This document shows positions 48,618 to 56,138 of a DNA stretch of 64,000 bases, piece after piece. The notes under the pieces were generated by a model that did not search any database, was not told the origin of the DNA, and saw only the letters and a program-made list of their open reading frames with translations. Positions within the stretch are counted from its first letter, which is position 1; every line of letters begins with the position of its first letter. The translations under genes and the position numbers were made by a program. Source of the DNA: Candidatus Onthoplasma sp. (lineage in GTDB: Bacteria; Bacillota; Clostridia; Christensenellales; UBA1242); contig JAZQYV010000012.1 in NCBI GenBank assembly GCA_045633705.1, positions 82,057 to 146,056 on the forward strand. Direction: 5' to 3'.

Positions 48618-49857
48618 GCAAATATTTTCTCCACGCAAAACAATTATTTGGGTTAGCATATTTGTTCTTATAATATCATTTCAATATACCAACCAGCCTG
48701 CACAAAGTCAAACACAAGCAATAGCAACCGCCTTGGCTGTAGAGCAAACTGAAGATAATATGATAGAAGTAAGCGCTGTGATTTTAACGCCAATTCCTGC
48801 ATCTACTAGCAAGCGTAAAGCGTATACAGCAAAAGGATATGACATAACAAACGCAATTAACAATATTTCGTTGCAGGTTGGCAAACAAATTGGCTTTGGT
48901 CAGTGCGATATTATGGCTGTGGGAGACAAATTGTGTGAAACTAATGCATTAAAAGCTTTAGACTATCTAACACGTACCAAACGTGTTGGACGTAATGCAG
49001 TATTGTTAAATTTTTCAGGTAAAACTGAAGATTTTGCAAACTGCGTGGTGCAAATAAATGACAGCTTAAGCCTAAAAGTTAGCGAAATTATTAATTTTAA
49101 TAAAGAGTATATAACAGCAACAGAAACTAATATTGAAAGTTTTTTTAGAGGTTATTATGGCGATTTGGGTGTGTCTACTATGCCTAAAATTAAGATTAGC
49201 GAAACTGAAATGGATAATGCAATACCAATTAAGGTTCAAGAAGCTAGCTCATCACAAAGTGAAACATCGGGTAGTGGTGGCTCTAGTAGTGGAGGTGGAG
49301 GCAAAGAACTGTATTTTGCAAACGACGGAACTACGTCAATATTTAGAGATGGCAAAAAATTTACAGAAATCACACCAAGCGACATCAAATATGTAAACTT
49401 GCTGCAACCTGAAAATGTGTTAGGAACATTCATTCTTGAAAATGTTAATAGCAATTTGTTTAAAGATGCGCGCGTGGTAATAGACTTAACCAACAAGGAA
49501 ATGATGTTTAAACTAGATTTTGAAAATGGTAAGCCAAAGATTAAATATGACATTCAATTATATATTATGATTGATGAAATTATTGAGGCGGAAAAAACCG
49601 AAAATCTATTGCATACAGAAAATTGGTTTGTAGATGATAGTGTTGTTAACGGATTAACTGAAAAGGTGCAAGAAAATCTTGACAAGGTGGTTCAAAAATT
49701 AAAAGACCAGAATATGGATATAATTGAAGTTTACGACAAGTTTTATAAATTCAAAAACAAAAAGTTTACTAAATTTTTAAACACGCTTGAAAACAAAGAG
49801 GATTTTCTAAAAGAGGTAATCTTTGATTACAAAATTACAATCCATAGTTCGTATTAA
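48604..49857 (+). CDS. spore germination protein, Ger(x)C-family subunit
   Basis: 417 aa, third gene of the A-B-C operon. SD AAAGGAGGAAAG. Overlaps the end of the B subunit. It has an N-terminal hydrophobic segment but no lipobox Cys. Confidence 0.8.
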   Translation: MQKFKQIFSPRKTIIWVSIFVLIISFQYTNQPAQSQTQAIATALAVEQTEDNMIEVSAVILTPIPASTSKRKAYTAKGYDITNAINNISLQVGKQIGFGQCDIMAVGDKLCETNALKALDYLTRTKRVGRNAVLLNFSGKTEDFANCVVQINDSLSLKVSEIINFNKEYITATETNIESFFRGYYGDLGVSTMPKIKISETEMDNAIPIKVQEASSSQSETSGSGGSSSGGGGKELYFANDGTTSIFRDGKKFTEITPSDIKYVNLLQPENVLGTFILENVNSNLFKDARVVIDLTNKEMMFKLDFENGKPKIKYDIQLYIMIDEIIEAEKTENLLHTENWFVDDSVVNGLTEKVQENLDKVVQKLKDQNMDIIEVYDKFYKFKNKKFTKFLNTLENKEDFLKEVIFDYKITIHSSY

Positions 49858-49860
49858 TAA

Positions 49861-49891
49861 AAATATAGTGGTCAAATGCCACTATTTTTTA
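49861..49891 (+). terminator. intrinsic terminator after the ger operon
   Basis: ATAGTGG (49865-49871) / CCACTAT (49879-49885) followed by TTTTTT. Confidence 0.8.
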
Positions 49892-49996
49892 ATAGGTTGC
49901 TTAAATGCGTGCTAATGCTAAAAAAAGGTGTTATTATAATTAAGATTAATAAGGTTGAGGGAATTGCTTAATAATTAATAAAATTTTTAAAACTTG

Positions 49997-50025
49997 TTGA
50001 CAAAATGCTTTGTTGGTGGTAATAT
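49997..50025 (+). promoter_or_regulatory. promoter candidate for the T-box/pheST operon
   Basis: TTGACA 49997-50002, 17-bp spacer, TAATAT 50020-50025. Confidence 0.55.
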
Positions 50026-50214
50026 AAATATAGGAAGTAAATTTGAAACGAGTTCAAATTTGCTATTGCTAACGCAATAAATTCGTTATACTCATACTTC
50101 CTATATATGTATAACCATCAGTTGCTATCAAATGCCACTACGTGTCGCTTGATGACAACTTCCGGTAATATAATATTAATGCGTAAGCAGAAATTTAACA
50201 AAAACTGTGAAGAT

Positions 50215-50452
50215 GTATCAGTAGTTTGTTGTTTTCATAAAGGGAGAGTGGTCGCCGATTGAGAGCCACTTATGTTCAAACAATAAATGAATTTCAACAT
50301 TGGAGTTGCACTTGGTAAACACTAGTTAGTGATTAAGAGTTGCCGGACAAAACCGTAAAAATGTAATGAGGTTTTAAATATACTTAGTATATTAAAATAA
50401 ATTTAGGTGGTACCACGAGTGATTTCGTCCTAATATTAGGGCGATTTTTTTG
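50215..50452 (+). promoter_or_regulatory. T-box riboswitch leader, probable Phe (UUC) specifier
   Basis: T-box sequence ATTTAGGTGGTACCACGAG at 50401-50419. It overlaps an antiterminator/terminator region: TCGTCCTA 50425-50432 / TAGGGCGA 50437-50444 followed by T7. Stem I region has AGGGAGAG and the helix AGTGG...CCACT. TTC-A at 50275-50278 directly precedes the closing helix. pheS-pheT lie downstream. Confidence 0.8.
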
Positions 50453-50470
50453 TTTTTAAAAGGAGGGTTT

Positions 50471-51589
50471 ATGAAAAGGCTTATCAAGCCTAATTGGAAG
50501 AAAAGCAATTTAAATATATCTGCCACGCTTGCTGAATTTTTAGGTGTACTAAACACTAATGCAACTTTGCCAATTCTAAAAAAAGAATTAAGCAAGAGAT
50601 ATAAAAATGTTGTATTTATATGTTTTGATGGCATGGGAATAAATCCTATTGTTAAAAATTTAAACAAAAATGATTTTTTAAGAAGAAATATCAAGAAGAC
50701 TTTGACTTCAACATTTCCATCAACCACAACAAACGCAACGACTTCGTTAGCCACAAACTTATTGCCACTACAACATGGTTGGTTTGGTTGGAGTTTGCAT
50801 TTTGAGGATATTAGGCAAAATGTTGATATATATCTTCATGCAAATTCACAAACGGGAGAAAAATTAGATTACAAATATCCAATTGCAGACAATTCAAATT
50901 GTTATTTTGATAATGCTAATACGGATTACAATATTACACCGATATTGCCAGTATATGTTCAAACCAAAAGTGAAGACAAAAAGATTGCAATTGAAAATGA
51001 GTTTGATTTATGCAAGGCGATTAAAAAGGTGTGCAACAAAAAAGGCAAACAATTTATTTATGCATATTTGCCAGAACCTGATTCAACAATGCATGATTTT
51101 GGGATAACTAGCATTGAAGCAAAGAATAAAATCGAAAGCATTAATACTGAAATTGAAAAGCTGTATAATGATTTAGAGAATACTTTAATAATTATAACCG
51201 CAGACCATGGTCAGATTGATGTTGAAGATTATATTGAATTTTATAAAGATAAAGAGCTTAATGAGTTGTTAGAATGTGTACCATATTTAGATGCAAGAAC
51301 ACCAGCATTTATTGTCAAAAAAGGTTATGAAAGGCAATTTGAGACCAAGTTTAAACAAAAATACGGCAAAGATTTTAAATTGTTTAAATCAAAAGATTTG
51401 ATTGATAGAGGTTACTTTGGTACAAGTGGCGAATATGGATATTTGCTTGGAGATTATATTGCAATAGGAACACATACACACAAACAATTTTTGGCACATG
51501 AAAAAGCACCAAGATTTAAAGGTCATCACACTTCACTTACCGAAGAAATGAAAGTACCATTAATAATATTAAAAAAAGGAAAGGAGTAA
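50471..51589 (+). CDS. alkaline phosphatase superfamily protein (nucleotide pyrophosphatase/phosphodiesterase-like)
   Basis: I prefer the ATG at 50471 (SD AAAGGAGGG). Metal-site-like motifs FICFDGMG, TSTFPSTTTNATTS and ITADHGQ. Confidence 0.75.
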   Translation: MKRLIKPNWKKSNLNISATLAEFLGVLNTNATLPILKKELSKRYKNVVFICFDGMGINPIVKNLNKNDFLRRNIKKTLTSTFPSTTTNATTSLATNLLPLQHGWFGWSLHFEDIRQNVDIYLHANSQTGEKLDYKYPIADNSNCYFDNANTDYNITPILPVYVQTKSEDKKIAIENEFDLCKAIKKVCNKKGKQFIYAYLPEPDSTMHDFGITSIEAKNKIESINTEIEKLYNDLENTLIIITADHGQIDVEDYIEFYKDKELNELLECVPYLDARTPAFIVKKGYERQFETKFKQKYGKDFKLFKSKDLIDRGYFGTSGEYGYLLGDYIAIGTHTHKQFLAHEKAPRFKGHHTSLTEEMKVPLIILKKGKE

Positions 51590-51592
51590 AAT

Positions 51593-52630
51593 ATGAAACA
51601 AGAAATTGAAAAAGTAAGCATTGAATTTGATAGCGAGATTAAGTCTATTGAAAGTCAAGCACAATTAGAAGAATTAAGAGTTAAATATCTAGGTAAAAGC
51701 GGGAAGATTACTGCTATTATGCCTATGATGAAAACAGTACCTGCCGAAGATAAGCGTGAAATGGGTATGTTGATTAATGAATTAAAAGGCAAGATTGAAA
51801 CGGCAGTTGCATCTATGCAAGAAGAATTTAAGCAACGTGCAATCTTGGAAGAAATCAATAATGCTGAGCGTATTGATATTACCCTTCCAGTTGAAACAAA
51901 TGTAGGCTCACTTCACCCACGCACAATTGTTCAAAAGGAAATTGAAGATGTGTTCGTGTCAATGGGATTTGTTGTGGAAGAAGGTTATGAGGTTGAAACT
52001 GAATATAACAACTTTGACGCAGTTAATGTGCCAAGCAATCACCCAGCGCGTGATATGCAAGATACATTCTGGTTGAGCAATGGTCAAGTGTTAAAAACTC
52101 ATACATCTGCAGCACAAAACCGCATTTTAAAGAAGTATAAAAACAATATGCCTATTCGTGCAATCTTCCCTGGACGTTGTTTTAGAAATGAAGAGCTAGA
52201 CGCTGGTCATGAAAATACTTTCTTCCAACTTGAAGGTATTATTGTGGATGAAAATGTGTCAGTTGCAAACTTGATTTATTTTATGAAGGAAATGCTTTCA
52301 CGTATATTTAAAAAGGAAGTTGATGTACGACTTCGCCCTGGTTTCTTCCCATTTGTAGAACCTGGCTTTGAAATGGATGTTAAGTGCCCATATTGTGATG
52401 GCAAGGGTTGTAATGTTTGTAAGCAGGGTGGCTGGATAGAACTTTGCCCATGCGGTATGATACATCCAAATGTGTTAAAGGAGGCAGGTATTGATAGCGA
52501 AAAATACAGCGGTTGTGCATTTGGTCTAGGTCTTGACCGCATGGTTATGATGACAATGGGCTTTAAGGATATTCGTGATTTAAATAGCGGAAATCTTAAA
52601 ATCTTCAAACAATTTAAGGTAGAGAGGTAA
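51593..52630 (+). CDS. pheS: phenylalanine--tRNA ligase alpha subunit
   Basis: 345 aa; canonical PheS class II motifs (HPARDMQDTFW, FRNE..D..H...FHQLEG-like, GLGLDRMVMM). Confidence 0.97.
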   Translation: MKQEIEKVSIEFDSEIKSIESQAQLEELRVKYLGKSGKITAIMPMMKTVPAEDKREMGMLINELKGKIETAVASMQEEFKQRAILEEINNAERIDITLPVETNVGSLHPRTIVQKEIEDVFVSMGFVVEEGYEVETEYNNFDAVNVPSNHPARDMQDTFWLSNGQVLKTHTSAAQNRILKKYKNNMPIRAIFPGRCFRNEELDAGHENTFFQLEGIIVDENVSVANLIYFMKEMLSRIFKKEVDVRLRPGFFPFVEPGFEMDVKCPYCDGKGCNVCKQGGWIELCPCGMIHPNVLKEAGIDSEKYSGCAFGLGLDRMVMMTMGFKDIRDLNSGNLKIFKQFKVER

Positions 52631-52634
52631 ATGT

Positions 52635-55001
52635 ATGTATATTTCATTAAATTGGATAAAGGAATTTGTTAATCTTGATGGAATTGAGGTTGATGAAATT
52701 GTAAAGCGTTTTGGTCTTGCTACTGCCGAAGTGGAAGGTGTGGAATATAAAGGTCAAAACATTTCAAATATTGTGGTGGCGGAAATTAAGAGTGTTGAAA
52801 ACCACCCAGATAGCAAAAAATTACACATTTTGCAAGTTGATGACGGACTTGAAAGTTTAACACAAGTTGTGTGTGGTGCACCTAATGTGCGTGTTGGTAT
52901 GAAAACTGCATTTGCACGTGTTGGTGCACAAGTGCAAGATATTAAAATTGGCAAAGCAAAACTTGCAGGTGTTGATAGTTTTGGTATGTGCTGTGGCGAA
53001 GATGAAATTGGCATTGGTAGTGATGGCTCTGGTATTATTGATCTTGACGCTAGTTACAAAAATGGTACTGATATTAAGGAAATTTTTCCTATTGATGACG
53101 TGATTATTGAAGTAGACAACAAGTCACTTACCAATCGCCCAGACCTATGGGGACATTATGGTATTGCACGTGAGTTTGCAACAATTTTCAAACGTGAATT
53201 AAAATTAGATATCCCAAGAATAGATTTAAGACAATACAGCAATCTACCTAAATTAGATGTTAAGGTTGAAACGCCTGATTGTTATCGTTATAGTGCATTA
53301 AGCGTTGATAATGTAACAGTTAAAAAATCTCCACAAGTTATGAAGATAAGACTTAATTATTGCGGTATGCGTGATATTAACCTGCTTGCCGATATGACCA
53401 ACTATTTAATGTTGGAACTTGGTCAACCAATGCACGCTTTTGATCATAATATTGTTAAAGGGATTCGTGTGGTTACCACAAAGCAACCTACACCAATGTT
53501 GACTTTGGAGGGTGAAGAGCATATTGTGGACGAAAATGCTACACTTATTTGTGATGAAAACCATACTCCAGTTGCAATTGCAGGTGTTAAGGGTGGATTA
53601 AAGTCTGGTATTAGTGAGCAAACAAATTCATTATTACTTGAAAGTGCAACGTTTAGCCCTATGGCAATTCGTAAAACTAGCCGTAAAATTGGTTTGATTA
53701 CAGACGCAAGTTTAAGGTACGAAAAATCCCTTGATCCAGAAATGACTACGCTTGCAATTGAAAGACTTGTATATTTATTAAAAAATATTGATAATGGAAT
53801 TAAAGTAAGTTCAAGTTTAACTGATTGCTATGATTATAAGTATCCAACTAATACTATTAAGTTAAGTGCTGATTTTATCAATCGTCGTGGTGGCGTAAAT
53901 ATTGCAGTTGAAGATATGGTTGATATTCTTGGCCGACTTGGATTTAAGGTGCGCGGGCAAAACAACGATTTGGAAATAACTGTTCCATCTTGGCGTGCAA
54001 CCAAGGATGTGTCAATTAAAGAAGATTTGGTGGAAGAAATTTTACGTATGTATGGTTATGATAATATCAAACCTGCAACTATGAACATGCCACTAAATCC
54101 AGTAGAGCAATTGCCTATTCATAATTTTGAATATAAAACAAAAAGATTGTTGGCTGAAAAGTATGGGTTAAACGAGCTTCATTCATACATTTGGAATTAC
54201 AAAGACTTCAACGAAGATATGGGTATTAAGCAAGATAGCATTGTAGAACTATTAGATAGTAGCAATAGCGGACAAAGTGGTTTACGTAGTAGATTACTTC
54301 CTACAATGTTAAAATTCTTCTATGAAAATAAAAACAATTTTGATGATGTGTCAATTTTTGAAATTGGCCGTACCGCGGAAGGTTTAAATGAAAACAAATT
54401 AGTTGAAGAAAAGCGCAAACTTTCAATCGTGCTTGCGTCAATGACAAAAACTGAAAAAGAATTGTATTTTACATTGAAGAAAATTGTAGAAGATTTAAGC
54501 GAACTTGCTTCAGTTAAAGTAAATTACAATGTTGATGCTAATGTAAGCGAGTGTTTGCACCCAGTTAATTCTTGTGCAATTAATGATTTTGGCGAAATTG
54601 GCGTAATTCATCCAAGTATTGCTAAAAATCTTGACAAACGTTTTAATATTGTTGGTTTAGAATTAGATTTGGAAGAACTTTTAAATGCTGAAAAAACAAC
54701 TTCTAAGCGTAACACAATTTCAAAATATCAAGCTAGCGACCTTGACTTTAACTTTGTTATGAGTAAGGACAAGGTTTATGGTTATCTTGAAAATGCGTTA
54801 AATCAATTTAGATGTAATTATTTACTTGAAATTAAATTGAAAGATATATACATTAATCAAGAAGTATTGCCAGACAAAATTAGTTACACAATGGCAATCA
54901 AAGTTACGCCAAAAGACAGAACTTTGGAAGCAAGCGATATTGAAAAATTTAGCAAACGTCTAATCGACCATATGGCAAGTTTTGATATTGCGTTAAGATA
55001 A
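52635..55001 (+). CDS. pheT: phenylalanine--tRNA ligase beta subunit
   Basis: 788 aa; N-terminal tRNA-binding domain (MYISLNWIKEF...), B3/4, B5 and C-terminal FDX-ACB-like domain. Confidence 0.97.
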   Translation: MYISLNWIKEFVNLDGIEVDEIVKRFGLATAEVEGVEYKGQNISNIVVAEIKSVENHPDSKKLHILQVDDGLESLTQVVCGAPNVRVGMKTAFARVGAQVQDIKIGKAKLAGVDSFGMCCGEDEIGIGSDGSGIIDLDASYKNGTDIKEIFPIDDVIIEVDNKSLTNRPDLWGHYGIAREFATIFKRELKLDIPRIDLRQYSNLPKLDVKVETPDCYRYSALSVDNVTVKKSPQVMKIRLNYCGMRDINLLADMTNYLMLELGQPMHAFDHNIVKGIRVVTTKQPTPMLTLEGEEHIVDENATLICDENHTPVAIAGVKGGLKSGISEQTNSLLLESATFSPMAIRKTSRKIGLITDASLRYEKSLDPEMTTLAIERLVYLLKNIDNGIKVSSSLTDCYDYKYPTNTIKLSADFINRRGGVNIAVEDMVDILGRLGFKVRGQNNDLEITVPSWRATKDVSIKEDLVEEILRMYGYDNIKPATMNMPLNPVEQLPIHNFEYKTKRLLAEKYGLNELHSYIWNYKDFNEDMGIKQDSIVELLDSSNSGQSGLRSRLLPTMLKFFYENKNNFDDVSIFEIGRTAEGLNENKLVEEKRKLSIVLASMTKTEKELYFTLKKIVEDLSELASVKVNYNVDANVSECLHPVNSCAINDFGEIGVIHPSIAKNLDKRFNIVGLELDLEELLNAEKTTSKRNTISKYQASDLDFNFVMSKDKVYGYLENALNQFRCNYLLEIKLKDIYINQEVLPDKISYTMAIKVTPKDRTLEASDIEKFSKRLIDHMASFDIALR

Positions 55002-55026
55002 TTAATGGTAAGTAAATAAAAATATA

Positions 55027-55076
55027 AATCACATTAATTCGAGTAAAACATACTTATAATTAGTGTGATTTTTTAA
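55027..55076 (+). terminator. intrinsic terminator after pheT
   Basis: AAATCACATTAATT / AATTAGTGTGATTT followed by a T-run. Confidence 0.75.
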
Positions 55077-55097
55077 TATCTATTTTAAAGTTTAATA

Positions 55098-55126
55098 TTG
55101 ACAGATTTGGCATTGTATGATATTAT
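55098..55126 (+). promoter_or_regulatory. promoter candidate for the paralog pair
   Basis: TTGACA 55098-55103, 17-bp spacer, TGaTATTAT ending at 55126. Confidence 0.6.
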
Positions 55127-55155
55127 ACGGATAGTAATGTATAAGGAGAAAAATT

Positions 55156-55608
55156 ATGACAGAAAATAAAAGACCTATAGTATACGTGGCAAGAAAAATA
55201 ACTTATTATAATGATTACAATATTGAGTGCTTAGGGGGATTTTATGTATCTAAGGCATATTTAAATTTTGCTGGCAAATGTTATGAAAAAGATGGTGGTG
55301 TGTCAAAAGAGTATATGGTGGATTTTATAAATCAAATTGAATTAATAGACTCAGAACATGAATTGTTTGCTGAAACTGACCCTAATACATCTAAGACAGA
55401 AGTGTTTACAACGTATATAGACTGTAAATATTTTGTAAAAGAACAAAATAACAAATTGGCAACAAGGGTAGGAACTACTTATGCATCAAAAATAGCAAGT
55501 CGTGTTGAATTTTATAAAAAAGTTCGTAGACATGGTGAAAAATTAGAGAAAAAATATATTTCGGCCGAAGAACGTGAGAAAATAAGTGAAGATGTAAAAA
55601 GTTATTAA
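55156..55608 (+). CDS. hypothetical protein (150 aa), paralog 1
   Basis: SD TAAGGAGAAAAAT. Homologous along its length to the next ORF (P-I-x-Y-x-A-R..., ISKAYL, DG-V-KE, VFT..x.C...N.KL). Confidence 0.65.
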   Translation: MTENKRPIVYVARKITYYNDYNIECLGGFYVSKAYLNFAGKCYEKDGGVSKEYMVDFINQIELIDSEHELFAETDPNTSKTEVFTTYIDCKYFVKEQNNKLATRVGTTYASKIASRVEFYKKVRRHGEKLEKKYISAEEREKISEDVKSY

Positions 55609-55616
55609 GGAGAAAA

Positions 55617-56039
55617 ATGATGGCAGGAAAGTTTCCAATTAGATATGCAGCAAGAGAAGTAAGGGACAACGGTAAAGTGGTTGCATATTTTATATCCAAA
55701 GCCTATTTGTTTGAAGAAAGAAAAAAATACAACTCTGACGGAAGCGTTAAGGAGCTTTATGATATTGATTTTGTAACGGCAATACGCAACGAAAGATATG
55801 AAATTGAAAATGGCAACACTTATAAAAGCTATTACAAAGACAGGGTGTTTACAAACTTTCAAAATTGTATGGGCTATATAAATGGCCTTAATCGCAAGTT
55901 GTGGGCCGAAGCAATTGAAGGATTGGATTTAGATGAGGTTGAGAAAAAACGAAAACAATATAAAAAATATTTTGAATTTGCAAATAAGATAAAAAATAGA
56001 TATCTTGCAATTGAATTGGATGTACAAAATTTAAAATAA
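55617..56039 (+). CDS. hypothetical protein (140 aa), paralog 2
   Basis: Same SD context TAAGGAGAAAAAT; see paralog 1. Confidence 0.65.
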   Translation: MMAGKFPIRYAAREVRDNGKVVAYFISKAYLFEERKKYNSDGSVKELYDIDFVTAIRNERYEIENGNTYKSYYKDRVFTNFQNCMGYINGLNRKLWAEAIEGLDLDEVEKKRKQYKKYFEFANKIKNRYLAIELDVQNLK

Positions 56040-56138
56040 TTTAAATAATCATTAAAATACTTAAAAATAGCATAATTTCGATATATTGCGCTATTTTTCT
56101 TTTATTTATTTTTAATTAATTTATTTTAATATTTAATT

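Noticed and set aside
50031-50103. 73-nt cloverleaf-looking element considered as a tRNA
   Set aside because: It has no D-arm/anticodon-arm/T-arm geometry and no GTTCRANNC T-loop in the right position on either strand. It has only two internal hairpins, so it is not a tRNA.
49871-50140. 13-nt repeat TCAAATGCCACTA (49872-49884 and 50128-50140)
   Set aside because: It is short, and one copy is simply the loop plus 3' arm of the ger terminator. There is no flanking similarity, so it is likely chance or a trivial remnant.
56077-56083. 0A-like box TTCGATA upstream of spoIIE
   Set aside because: Only 6/7 match, a single copy, and it lies within the loop of a possible terminator hairpin. That is not enough to call.
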